DNA of 64,000 nucleotides, from the NCBI GenBank assembly GCA_043228905.1, contig JBHGNT010000011.1, positions 8,804,001-8,868,000 of the forward strand, written 5' to 3'. Within the stretch, counting starts at the first letter, position 1. Every line of letters begins with the position of its first letter. A program made the position numbers and the translations under genes. Below, one piece after another: positions 12,095-25,095 of the stretch. The notes below the pieces were generated by a model. That model was not told the origin of the DNA, searched no databases, and worked only from the letters and a program-made list of their open reading frames with translations. This DNA comes from Azolla caroliniana (lineage: Eukaryota > Plantae > Polypodiophyta).

Positions 12095-14195
12095 TTGCTT
12101 CGACTATGTCCTTATTATGGTGGACTAGGGCATATTGCATTGAATTATCCCCATAGGCCAAGAAGACAAGTAAACCAAATAGTTGCTAGTTCTAATTGTA
12201 CTAAACCCGAGTCTATTTTAGTAGGAATATCTGATAGTCCTAATAGTAGTAATAGCCCAAATCTATCGAACAAATTTGATGTCCTTAGTCAGTTAGAAGA
12301 AAAGTTAAACGACTAAGTCCCGCCAAAATAGGAGCTGTTTGGTTGGACAACCCTAGATCTATGCAGCCCATTAGTGGTTCCATTCCCTCTAAGCAAGTTA
12401 GCAATGTGTTCTTAGCCCAAGTAACAGTTAGTACTAAAAGTACCTCTCCAATACATGTCTCAGCACTCCTAGATTCCGGAGCTAATTCTTGCTTCATGGA
12501 TAGGAATTTTGCCCAAGCTCATCAAATATCCCTAATAAAACTCCCCTATCTAACCTCTGTAGTAGTCATTGATGGTCATCCCATTGCTTCCGGAAATATC
12601 ATAGAAGAGTAAGAGCCCGTTAATATTGTCCTAGATAATTTAGCATGTGTAGTATGCTTTAATATAATTAGTATCCTAGAACATCCCATTGTTTTGGGAT
12701 TACCATGGTTCGAATTACATAACTCAGACATAGATTGGAGAACAAGAGAAATCCAGTATCGACAAAACCGAGGATCTACTCATAAGATTGCAACCATTTC
12801 GCTACATTAGTTGCGTGAGGATGCAAGGAAGAAATGTTTCTCTTCGCAATATCAATAAAACCCTCCAACACCACAAAAAAGGAGTCCACCGTTCAACTTC
12901 TAGAGAAGTATCGTCATTATGCCGATGTGTTCGATAAAGTACAAGCCAATACGTGTCCTCACCATCGACCGTATGATTGCCCCATCGATTTACAACCGGG
13001 AAAAGAGCCACCATGGGGACCGATCTACAATTTGTCACCAACCGAGCTAGAAGTCCTTGGAGCCTATATAGAGGATAATTTGGCAAATGGTTTCATTTGA
13101 CATTTGAAATCTCCAGCCGATGCACCCATTTTCTTCGTCAAGGAAAAGGATGGATCACTTTGTCTCATCGTAGATTACCGTGGCTTGAATAAGGTCCCCA
13201 TCAGGAATAGGTATCCACTTCCCCTTATCTCAAGCCTTTTAGAACGGATCAATGGTGCAAGGTTCTTCACAAAGATCGGCTTACAAGGAGCATATAACCT
13301 CGTACAGATCCGACCAGGAGATGAATGTTTGTTTGACCATCTATTTGGATGATCTACTGGTTTATTCGAAAACCCAAGAAGAGCATGATTCTCGTGTATT
13401 GTTAGTACTAAAACAACTTCGAGAACATGGTCTTTATGCAAAGCTAGAAAAATGTAGTTTCGAGTGCAACCAGGTAGAATTTCTGGGCTATGTCATTTCC
13501 TTGGAAGGCATCTCCATGGAACCAGCTAAGGTCAAAACGGTGGTAGAGTGGTTGACTCCGTGTTCATTGCGAGATGTGCAAGTTTATACATGATTACTCA
13601 AAGCTCATTCTGCCTCTCACATAGCTTACCAGGAAGGGACAATCGTTCGGTTGGTCTAAAGAAGCAGACATGGCTGGCTTATGAGAGTCTTAAGAAGGGA
13701 TTTACATCAGCTCCTATTCTGGCTCATGTTGATCTAGAAAAACCATTCATCATCGAAGCAAACACATCGGATTTAGCCTTGGGTAGCATTCTATCACAAC
13801 AAGGCGATGATGAAAAGCTCCATCCTGTGGCTTTCCACTCACACAAGTTTGATGCCGCCGAAATCAACTATGAAATTCATGATAAGGAGCTATTAGCAAT
13901 AGTGGACTCTTTTACACAATGGACGCATTTTCTAGAGGGATCTTCTCATCAAGTCATCGTATTCAGTGATCACAAAAACCTTGCCTACTTTCAAAATGCT
14001 TGTGTGTTAAATCGACGTCAACCTCGATGGGCCCAATTCCTCACTCGTTTCAACTTCAAAATTACATATCGTCCAAGGAAGCAACAAGGGAAGGCATATG
14101 CAATATCACGACGCTCGTATCTAGCACCGCGTCCTGGCGAGCCAGCTTTTGATAACCAAAAGCAGGTAACCCTGGGACCGACACTACTGCAAGGA
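12095..14195 (+). pseudogene. pol: F gag remnant, protease, RT and RNase H (frameshifts, deletions)
   Basis: ORF fragments 12343, 12834, 13104, 13252 and 13548 carry protease, RT and RH motifs. Confidence 0.85.
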
Positions 14196-15014
14196 TGTTG
14201 GGAGACAGGTCCCTCCGGATGGGAAGGGAGAAGAACAGTGCTGATGAACAAACTCCAGCTACGGAGAGCCGGATGGTGCAGACCCGGTGAGAACCGTATG
14301 AGGAGTACCCGTATTCAGTGATCACAAAAACCTTGCCTACTTTCAAAATGCTTGTGTGTTAAATCGATGTCAACCTCGATGGGCCCAATTCCTCACTCGT
14401 TTCAACTTCAAAATTACATATCGTCCAAGGAAGCAACAAGGGAAGGTAGATGCAATATCACGACGCTCGTATCTAGCACCGCGTCCTAGCGAGCCAGCTT
14501 TTGATAACCAAAAGCAGGTAACCCTGGGACCGACACTACTGCAAGGATGTTGGGAGACAGGTCCCTCCGGATGGGAAGGGAGAAGAACAGTGCTGATGAA
14601 CAAACTCCAGCTACGGAGAGCCGGATGGTGCAGACCCGGTGAGAACCGTATGAGGAGTACCCGTATTCAGTGATCACAAAAACCTTGCCTACTTTCAAAA
14701 TGCTTGTGTGTTAAATCGATGTCAACCTCGATGGGCCCAATTCCTCACTCGTTTCAACTTCAAAATTACATATCGTCCAAGGAAGCAACAAGGGAAGGCA
14801 GATGCAATATCACGACGCTCGTATCTAGCACCGCGTCCTAGCGAGCCAGCTTTTGATAACCAAAAGCAGGTAACCCTGGGACCGACACTACTGCAAGGAT
14901 GTTGGGAGACAGGTCCCTCCGGATGGGAAGGGAGAAGAACAGTGCTGATGAACAAACTCCAGCTACGGAGAGCCGGATGGTGCAGACCCGGTGAGAACCG
15001 TATGAGGAGTACCC
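13959..15014 (+). repeat. Tandem triplication of a 352-bp unit spanning the F-pol / C-LTR junction
   Basis: Units 13959-14310, 14311-14662 and 14663-15014; near-identical ORFs recur at 352-bp spacing. Confidence 0.95.
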
Positions 15015-15781
15015 AGCTACGGAGAGCCGGATGGTGCAGACCCGGTGAGAACCGGATGAGGAGTACCCGGCTACGGAGAGCCGGATGGTGCAGACCCGGT
15101 GAGAACCGGATGAGGAGTACCCGGCTACGGAGAGCCTGATGGTGTAGACCCGGTGAGAACCGGATGAGGAGTACCCGACTACGGAGAGCCGGATGGTGCA
15201 GACCTGGTGAGAACCGGATGAGGAGTACCCGGCTACGGAGAGCCGGATGGTGCAGACCCGGTGAGAACCGGATGAGGAGTACCCGGCTACGGAGATCCGG
15301 ATGGTGAAGACCCTGTGAGGAGTGCTCACCGGATGAAGAGACATATTAGTAAATATGTTTATGGGAGTCCATCATGGCTATATTTGCAAATAGCCGAAAA
15401 GTCATATTAGTATAAATATGACTTAGGGTAAACTTTTAGTGTGTTGTTGTCATTCTTGTTGGTGCAAGGAGAGAGACAACGCGTGACTGTGTACAGAGAC
15501 AGAGAGAGAAAGAGGTCGTTGCCTCTGTTGTAACCGCCGCCTGTGGCGAAGATTGTGAGCACGAGGTCGTTGCCTCCATGAACTCACTGTTGTACATTCT
15601 AACATAGTGATAGTTTGCAGCCTGTGGGCTGCAGTGGTTTTTCCCTCTTTGGGTTTTCCACGTAAACATCCTGTGTACTCTTCTCTTTTCTGTGTCGAAC
15701 ATCTATTTCCCGTTTTCTGTGTATGATTCTAAGCTTGGTTGTGGCCGAGCGTTCCGTATAAGGAGTGTTTAGTTCCCGTCA
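14900..15781 (+). mobile_element. Solo LTR of copia family C, TSD AAGGA
   Basis: TGTTGGGAGACAGG...TTCCCGTCA; AAGGA at 14895-14899 and 15782-15786; about 7 copies of a 54-bp internal repeat. Confidence 0.92.
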
Positions 15782-16103
15782 AAGGAATGCAGTTCTTCGG
15801 TATGCCCTTGGATTCCCACGTTATCAATACCTGTAAAAAATCGGGTATGATTCTTGTGTAGTGGAATAGATGTGAACTGTGTGTGTATGAGAGAGTGAGA
15901 GAGACAAGGAGTAAGACACAGAGTATACGCAAGGTAGATTATATTAACAAAGGAGAAAGACTCAACTACATACAAGGTAGGAGGAGGGTGCTTTTTATAG
16001 CCACCCTCTCTCTTCATTAACTACAAGACTCATGGAGCATGGGGAATGTGAAAGCTCATAAGTTATGTGTCATAGAATATGATTCTATGACTCATACTAA
16101 ATG

Positions 16104-19100
16104 CTAGTACTTGTCGGAAAGGAGGGATTTGACCTTATTGAATTCGACGAGATGCTCACCTCCAATGACTAGGTCATCCACATATAAGATGATGATGATC
16201 GGACTGGCGGAATCGCTTCGTATGTAGAGGGAGTTGTCTGATTTTGACATACGGAAGCCGATTTGATGAAGATATTGCGTTATCTTCGAATGCCAAGCAT
16301 GCGGTGCTTGCTTGAGGCCGTAGAGTGGGTTCTTGAGTCGGCATACAACTTTCGGATGGGTGCTCGAGTTGAAGCCGGGTGGTTGTATCATGTACACCTC
16401 CTCTTCCAATTCGCCTTGGAGAAAGGCGTTCTTGACGTCCATTTGATGGAGGTGCCACCCTTTCGCCGCAGCAAGCGCAATCACGGTCCGTATTGTTGTC
16501 ATCTTTGCCACCAGGGCAAAGATCTCTTTGTAGTCAACTCCGTGCGTTTGGGCGTAGCCTTTCGCTATGAGTCGCGCTTTGTAGCGTTTGAAGGAACCAT
16601 CGGCGTTGTACTTCACTTTGTAAATCCATCTGCATCCGATCGCCTTTTTGTGCGGTGAGGTGGGAACGAGATCCCACGTCTCATTCTTGCGTAGTGCCTG
16701 CATCTCCTCATTCATGGCTTCGATCCATCGCGGATCCTTGGCTGCTTCAGAAAAAGTTTCCGGCTTCCGTATTGTCGCCACCTTCATCATAAAGGCATAG
16801 TGATATGCCATGTAGTCATTGTAGCCGAATCGGTTGGCCGGATTCTTTTCACGGGTGGAGCGACAGAGCTTTTCATTTGTAGAGATTAGGGCTTTCTTAG
16901 CTTCGATTGGTACATCGAAGCCGCCGAACTCACTGTCGAGTGAGTGAGTTGACTCATCGTCGTCGAAGCGATCGTCTTCGTATTCCGGCATTTTCGCCTT
17001 GCCTTTGTCTATCTTCGGGCTAGGCCGTGATGTGCTTTGATTGCTCAAAGGCTCTTGTGGTCCGCTCAGTCGGGTCATGATCAGACTTTCTTCGAACATG
17101 CATGTAAGGCGATCTTCATCCTCTATCTCTTGTTCTGTAGATTCCGAGTGGAGTGGAGTCGGAGTCGAAGTTGTCTCTGGTGCGTACCACTTTTGCTCTA
17201 GTGAGTATCCGGATGTGCGATAAGTCCGGCTTCTTTCCGAAGTATTTTTCGTGCGGAGTGACCTCGTGCACGCCGGATGTTGTGCACCGGTTCATTAGGT
17301 AGATGACCGTATTTGGAGCTTCGGCCCAATATGACTTGGGCATATGCTTCTCGTTCATCATGGCCCGCGCTACTTCGAGGATGTGCCGATTTTTGGGCTT
17401 GGTTACTCCGTTTTGTTGCAAAGTGTGTCGGCAAGTGAATTCTCGCTGAATTCCTTCCTTTCAGAGATACGCCGTGAAATCGTTCGAGAAGTACTCCTTG
17501 CCGCCATCCGATCGAAGGCATCGTACATGTCGGCGTGTGGCTTTCTCGACTTCATTCTTGAATTTTTGGAAGTGTCCGAACACTTCACTCTTTTGTCGCA
17601 TCGGGTAGATCCAAGTGTGCCTAGAGAAGTCATCGATGAAGAGCACATAATATCGGCATCCGCCGAATGTAGCCGTCTGCGTCGGTTCCCATACATCGGA
17701 ATGGACTACGTCGAGTAGAACTTTGCTCACGTTCTGCTCTTTCGGGAATGGGTGTCAGTGTTGCTTGCCGAATTGGCACGCTTCGCATACACCTTCAATC
17801 TCCTTCTCTTTGAATGTCGGGAGTCTGATGACGACTCCTTTCGATTTCATTGCTTTGAGTTTGTTGAGATTGATGTGGCCGATTCGCTTGTGCCATAGCT
17901 CTATGTCGGATTCGGCTTTCGTTCTTTTTGCGAGCATGGCGGATTTCATCTCGTGTGAATTGAGGATGAACATCCGTCCCTCTCTTCTTCCACGTGCGAT
18001 GATTCGGTCTTCTTTTTCGATGAAGCACCCTTCTTGGTCGAATCGTACTTCCATCCCTTGCTCAACCATTTGGCTGACCGAGACCAAATTCTTCGTGAGG
18101 TGGGAACATGCAAGACATTTTTAATGTATGTTTTCTTACCTCTTTCGCTGAACGGAACATTGCCGATGTGCCGAATCGGATGTGTAGTGTCATCTCTGGT
18201 TTCTACATAACCGCGCTCCGGCTCTCGAAGTTCGAGAAACCATTCTTTATGAGATGTCATATGGTTTGAGGCTCAAGAGTCACCAAACCATACGTCCTCC
18301 GGATTGAGGGCACTAGTTGAGGTAGAGGCCGACATAGAGTAGGCTCTATGTTTCATCATTAACATTCCGCCACGGTCAGAGTTGTATGCGTACATTCCTC
18401 CACGATCCTCGTAGTCGGAGTTATGCCCATACATTCTGCTATACTCTTCGTAGTCGGAATTGTGCGCATAATTCGTGAGTTGTCGGCTTGTGGAAGCTGA
18501 TTCACGCATCTTCTTTTGGCACTCTTCTTCGTGGTGGCTGAGCTTTCCGTAATATCCGCATTCGGTTGCGTTTTGACGGCTCAGGCCGGAGTGGAAGCTC
18601 CCCCTTCTTGCGAAGGTTCCTCGTTGGCTTCCGTTTTGCGGCCGAAATTGGGAGTTGTTGTTGTAGGTCGGACCTCGTCCGCCTTGTCCTTGGCTGAATC
18701 GGCCTCTCGCTCGTCCGCGTCCTCTTCTGCCGTTCGAGTGCGTGTAGAGCATGTGGCCTTCCGACTCATTGCTCCTTGTACGCACGTGGTTTTCTTCGAC
18801 CAATTGCATTGATTGGAGCCCGAAGAAGGAGGAAGATTTCTCCCGTGCTAGAACGGCAGTTCGCATCACGCCGAACTGTGGTGCGAGGCCGCTGAGGCAT
18901 ATTTGCACCATCTCATCATCCTCGATATTTACACTTATCAAGGTGAGAGAATCGCAAAGATCCTTATCTTCGAGGTGTATGTCATGATGGACATGTCCCT
19001 TTGTTGAATGCTGTTCAACTCTTGGTGGAGTTGAAGCCTTCTTGCGGTTGTGTTTGCCGCAAAAATCTTTCGTAGATTTTCCCATGCCTCCTTCGGCGTC

Positions 19101-19350
19101 TTGGCTTCGCGAATGTAGCCGAGCATGTGATTGTGAACACATGTCGCCAAGCAATACATCACGCAGCTTGTGGCTTGCTCCCATGTCGCGTATTCGGGAG
19201 CCGCTTCGGCAGGTCGGTCTTCGTGCTCTCCTTTGATGTAGCTCCAATAGCCTTGTCCAACAAGGTATTGGTGCATCTTGTACTCCCAAGATGCGAAGTT
19301 GTTTCGATCCAACTTCTCGGTAGGGAGAGCGCTCCCCATTTGAGTATTCA
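16104..19350 (-). pseudogene. pol: B1 gag-pol (gag, protease, GAG-pre-integrase, IN, RT), broken
   Basis: KLDRNNFASW gag; ELWHKRIGH; HSDVW; FIDDFSR; RSDGGKEY; YKARLIAKGY; [10 protein letters not shown]; LYVDD. Confidence 0.9.
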
Positions 19351-19832
19351 TTATGTCGATTGTTATTCTCTGACCGGACAAGGCCTAACACAAGGTGTCA
19401 CGGAGACACTTCACCAAAGGGTGATTACGGCATAGGATTAAGATTCAACGCTTACATCGACTTACATAGGTTACACGATTAGAGTGTTTTGGTTAATTAC
19501 ACGCGTAAGATATAACAGTAAGTACAGAACGGAAATCAATACAGAAGTACAAAACACCATATGCTCTATTAATTATCCGCTGTGATTACAATGGGGTCCG
19601 GGCCTTTAAATAGGTTTCCGGCCCGTAGTACAAAACGGTGCCTATCGCACCTATTCGGGATCCGTCCGGATCTGGAACGGCATACCGTTTCCAGTCCGTC
19701 CGTCCACACTATGCTTATTTACAACCATACTTAATTAACTCCTTCACTCCGTATTTTGGACTCCTTGCCGGCCGGTAACACATGGCACGCCCGTGGGACA
19801 GTACCTTGTACGTCGAACCCTTCTCGGCCCCT

Positions 19833-20440
19833 TCATTGTTCACCCAAATTGTCCAAAATATCTTGTTCCAGAGTTTCCAATTATTCTTCCGGTTGTGGTT
19901 GTTGCGGCTGTGCTTGCTGCTGCTGCTGTGGTTGCGGTTGGGACTGAGGCTGCTCCGGCTGCTCTGCTTGCTGCTGCTGCTTCGTTTGTTTCTCTGACTC
20001 CGGCATCTCCGTTTGACTGCTTCCGGTCCGGTCTCCTTCCAGTAACGGTTCCTCATCACTGAGGTTGACCGTAACCGGTTCTCGTGCTTTCTCTTCCCGG
20101 ATCCGAGACCTCTCGTAGCTTTCAAACTGGATCTGCGCCTCCAACCTGTCGTCGTCCAGCTGAGCTACAAGTTGCCGGACTTGCCCTAGTTGGTCGTCTG
20201 CCAAGGCTTGAAAGTCCTCGGCCAGCTCATCCCTTATGCCGGTGAAGTCTTCGGAAGTCAGCATATAGCAATCATCTCCCTCCTTCCGCCGGTTCTCTAC
20301 GTCGGCCCGGAGCAATTGGAGTTCCGCCGCGTTCGTGGCCCACTTGGTCCACCATTTGACGGAGCCGTTGTCAATCAAGCTCTTGGTCTGGTTCAACCAG
20401 GCCCGCGTGATATCCTGGATGCGACTTGCTCCCATTTGCG
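19833..20440 (-). pseudogene. C-terminal remnant of the A-family extra ORF in A3
   Basis: AAELQLLRADVENRRK...IRDELAEDF aligns to AAELQTLRADAENRRK...IREELSEDF in A1/A2. Confidence 0.8.
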
Positions 20441-23400
20441 CTCTGCCATACTTTCCTTGCCGTCGCTTCCCCGGCATAGTGTCCTCCGGCAACCCCACAG
20501 TGTGCTTCCCGTAAGATTACTTCTTTCTCGTCACTACGGACTGCCCGTCTCCATATTCCATCTGCTCCTTTGTGGTAGAGAGTGTCCCGTAACAGACAGA
20601 AATTGCGGCTCTACACCGCCAGTCGTTTCCTCTCGTCCCGGTTCATTTCCTCCGGTGGCAGGCCCGTGCTTAGGAACTGGTGCATGTTTGTCAGCCACCT
20701 ATCTTCTGATGCCACCGTGTCGTCCGCTGCCGTTTCCGGGGTGATACGGAATAACTCTGCGTCTGGGAATTCATCCGATACTCCATCGCCTGCTTCTCCG
20801 GACTCTAACCGGCTCAGGTAGTCTGCTACGGCATGCTGGATACCGGGCCGGTGGAAGATCTCGAATTCGAACTCCTGCAACAGCAAGGTCCAACGGGCCA
20901 ACTTACCGGTCAGGGACGCCTTGGACACTAAGTACAGGAGCGCCGAGTGATCCACATGAAAGGAGAACTTCCTTCCCAATAGGTAATGCCGAAACTTTGT
21001 GACACTGTAGATCATGCCCAGGGCCTCCCGTTCCTTCGTCGAATAGTTCTTCTCCGCTTGGGACAGCTTCCGGCTGGTGTAATATACCGGCCGGTACCAT
21101 TTAGGCTCCGTAAGTTGCATTAAGGCGTTGCCGATAGCGATGTCGGACGCGTCCACGAACACGTGAAATTCCTTGCTCCAATCCGGAGGCTGCACGACGG
21201 GTGCTTGCGACAAAAGTACCTTCAGGGCATTGTATGCCTTATCCTCCGTATCCGTCCATTGGAACGGTGTCCGATGTACCGCGGTGTGTAATGGTGTAGC
21301 CAAGTCAGCCAAGTGACGGAGCATCCGGCTGTGCCACCGGATCTGTCCTAAGAATCGGCTTAGTGCTTTGGCCGTTTTCGGCGCCGGTGCCCCTAGTATC
21401 GCGTTTACTTTGTCCGGGTCGACCGCAATGCCCTCCTTACTTACAATGTGTCCCAGTAAGATTCCACTTGAAACCCCAAAGATGCATTTTGCTGGGTTTA
21501 AGCTTAGTCGGTATAACCTACATTTTTCAAGGCATAACCGTAGGTGCTGCAAATGGTCTTTTCCCCGGCTATAGACTGCAAAATCATCCAGGAAAACCTG
21601 CATGAAGGCAGGAATGTATTCGCCGAAGATCTCCATGATGATTCGCTGGAAAGTTGCTGGTGCCGTTTTTAGGCCGAACATCATTACTTCGGCCACAAAC
21701 ACCCCCCATTCGGTGACGAACGTTGTCTTCTCCTGGTCGTCAGGGTGCATCCGGATTTGATTGTATCCGCTGAACCCGTCTAAAAAGCTATACACTTCAC
21801 GGCCGGCGACGGCATCCAGTACTCCATCCGTAAACGGAAGAGGGAATGCATCCGTAATTGTGGCTGCATTTAGTTTCCTGTAATCTACACACACGCGGAT
21901 TTTACCGTTCTTCTTTGGGACGACGACGATGGGGCTCAGCCACGTCGCTTTCTTCACCGGCCGGATGAAGCCCACTCTTAGGAGTTTGTCGATTTCCTCC
22001 TTCACTTTGGCGGCGTAGTTGGGGTTCATTCGGTAACGTCTTTGCGCCACTGGTTTCGCGTCCTTGCCTAAGTGGATCTGATGCTGATATAATTGAGGGT
22101 CCAGCCCTCGCATGTCTTCATATGACCAGGCGAATACGTCGCGAAACTCCGTGAGAAGTTTGATCATCGCCGCTTTATCTTCCGGCTTCATTTCTTTGGC
22201 GATGTGTACCGGCTTTGATTCGTCCTTGCTTCCTAGGTTCACTTCGTCGAGCTGGGATGTTTTTACCCGTTGGGAAACGGCCATTTCCCGTTCCAACGCT
22301 TCTTGTGCTTGCCGTAATTCCCGAATCGCATCTTTGTCTGGTTCGGCTTCGGTTTCGTCCCGCTGCTGCAAGTATGGCGCTACGGCTTCAGCTACGTCAA
22401 TCTCGAAGAGTGGTACGATCTTCGGGTGTTCCTCCAAGTACTGGGTTTCTTCGTCGTCTGCCAACCCTTCGAGCATATTTACGCATTCCGCATACAGCGG
22501 TGTGCATTCCTTACCGTTGCTCGTCCGTGGTTGTGTCGGTACCCGGACCTTGGCTTTTCCGCGTCGGAAGGTAATCATATTTTTCCGCCAATTTTGCTTG
22601 ATGTGTGCTGTTTTCAACCATGATCTGCCCAGCAATAGTGGGTACGCGCCTTGCGCCTGTAGCTGCAGCACGACAGCCGAGATGTGAAATGTGTGGCCTC
22701 CTATGGTGACTTCCAATTTCCGTATTAAGCCCGTTGGCCGTACAGAGCTCGTATCCGCCATCCGTAGCCAGAACGGACATGGCTCCCATTCATGTATACC
22801 CAAGGCATCACACGTGCGGAGGCTTATTACGTTCACCCCGGAACCTCCATCGATTACTGTGCCGGGAAGTTCGTGCCCTTTGACAATAGCTGTAATCACC
22901 GGACTACTTGTGTCCACCACCGTCGGTCCCTCCTCCGGATTCGAGAAGAGGACTGGTGCCGGTGGGGCTATACCGTCTGTCATGACCGTTTTCAGTCCTT
23001 CCGTAAATCGCGGCACGAGCTGCAAGAGTCTTCCTAATGGCAACGTGATCTGACATTCTTGCAGTGCTTGCCATGTCTCGTTTTCTGCGTGGCTACCGCC
23101 GGCACTCCCTATGGTATTTGCCTTTTGCCGTTCCGCGTCCGCGACGTTCCTTTCATTGGCTTCCTTCACCCATTCCGTCGCCTGCTTTCGTATGGCCTCT
23201 TGTGTTTCCCACTCTTTGGCCATGCCTTTCGACCGTGTGGTTACTTGCTGTATATCCGCCACTTCCGGAACCACCATATTAACTGCTGGTCGTTTATCGT
23301 AGCTCTTTGTCGGGCACTGGTTACTGTAGTGGCCTTCCTGCCTGCAGTAATAGCAGTACTCTTTACGGGTATTGCTGGATTCAGCTTTGCTGGTATCCGG

Positions 23401-25095
23401 AGTCGGTCCCGTAGTGAGTGGTGCGTTCTGTGCCGGTTGGCTCCTTGGGGTTCCCTGTTCCGGGTCCCTAGTGTGACCACCTTTCTTGAAATTACGTTTC
23501 TTATTATTCTTTTTATTTCAGTAGTCCGGTCGTGGTGGATCGTAAAATCGGCCATAGTCCTCCTGGTGCCTTCGGTAACCAGGGGAATGGTCTCTGTCGT
23601 ATTGCTCGTGTCGTCTGTTGGGCTCCCGATAACGGTCCGATCGCTCATACCGGTCGTAGTTATCACGCCGATTCCCGTACCGGCCATCATTCTCTTGTCT
23701 ATCTCCGTACCGGACATCCTGTGCCGGTTGGTACCGGTTCATTCTTTGCCAACGATCGTCATCTTCGTCTCGGCTGCTTCTTGGCTCGATCCGTCAGACG
23801 GGTGGTGCTTGTCGGTTTAACAGGTTATACTCGCACCGGTCCGTTGTATGACTCTTGGATTGACAAATCACACACTGGGTTCGCATGGTGCACTCCACTA
23901 CCGAGTGTCCGGCATTCAAGCAGATTGTGCATTGAATTGCCTGCCGGAACCGGAGATCTTCCTCGGTGGGTAACGCCCGTTGCAGTGTTCCCAGCGTAAG
24001 CCATGAGCTTGACTTTTCCATTTCTCTGACCCGGTCAATGACCTGGTCGATGGTGCATCCTCGAAAGTCGATCACCGTACACATCGTGCGTAACGGTTCC
24101 CGGAGTGCGTTTAAAAATATCGTCCGTAATTCCTCCTCCGGGGGTGCACGGGCAAGCTGGCTATGCATTCGTTGGAAACGGATGACGAATTGGGGAATGC
24201 TTTCCCCTGCCTCCTGTCGGATCGTATAAAACAGGCCCACCATTGTCGTCTGGTCGACCTCCTTGTGGAAAAAATGCAAGAATTTTTCTTTTAATTCTGC
24301 AAAGGTTGTGATGGTCGCCGGGTCCTGCGTCCGCCGCCATCGTGTCGCTAGTCCCTCCAACGTGACTCCGAATTCCGCTATCTTCGAGCGTTCTTCTTCC
24401 TCCGGTGTCATTCGCTGGGACGTGTGATTTGCTTCCCATGTCTGCTCGAAGTCATGAACATGCGCTTCCGCGTCCGGATCGTCGCGATACTTTGAGTATT
24501 GGAACGGCATGTCGTCGTCCAGTATTAGGCCGCGGTTTAGTGGCGTTTGTTGATATTTTGCCAGTTTTCTCTCCGGTTCCACTTCTGGTTCTTGTGCCGG
24601 TGCTTTTTCCGGCTCTTTCGTTGGTGTCGGTGGCTTTGCTTCTTCCACTTCCGGTGTTGGTGTGTTGACGGCTTCCGTTTGTGGTTCCGGATAGCCCTGG
24701 TTGAGCGGTTCCGGTTCTGGAGTCGGCACGGTATCCGACCCGTCGTCCTCCGGGCCGCCGGGGGTATCGTTGCTGCTCCGGTAGTTCGTGTGCACGCTGT
24801 ATCCCCCTTCGGAATCCGATTCGTAGGCTGAAAAGGCTTCTGCCTCGTTTTCTCCGCTTGCCAGCGCCTCGAGGAGGCGTTCGGTTTCCCGGAGACTACT
24901 TAGACTGCTTCCGTCGTCCTGGTCGCGAGTTTGCTGTAACCGAAGAGATTCCTCCGCGACTCTCCGGATCTCGTTGGAGAACGAACGATCCGAGCGAATT
25001 TCCTGCGCTGCTTGCTGGAAAGTCTCACGCCGTCTTTGCCGTTCGGCGAGGCGTCTAGCTCGGTCTGTAACCAGGTCGTGCGTTGGTCTCGTCAT
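20441..25095 (-). pseudogene. pol: A3 single-frame gag-pol (in-frame stops at ~23794, ~23518, ~20611), truncated in the IN zinc finger
   Basis: ORFs 25095-23794, 23742-23518 and 23277-20611 share one frame. Three zinc knuckles, protease VIDGGSGVN, RT FLDD, RH. Confidence 0.9.

Noticed and set aside
14960-15320. CRISPR-like regular repeats (also 52290-52600 and 2265-2660)
   Set aside because: Head-to-tail units without unique spacers, no cas genes, eukaryotic LTR/UTR context.
23059-23820. Long hydrophobic antisense ORFs (also 49494-50177, 50684-51343, 62265-62621)
   Set aside because: Shadows of charged low-complexity gag regions on the opposite strand.
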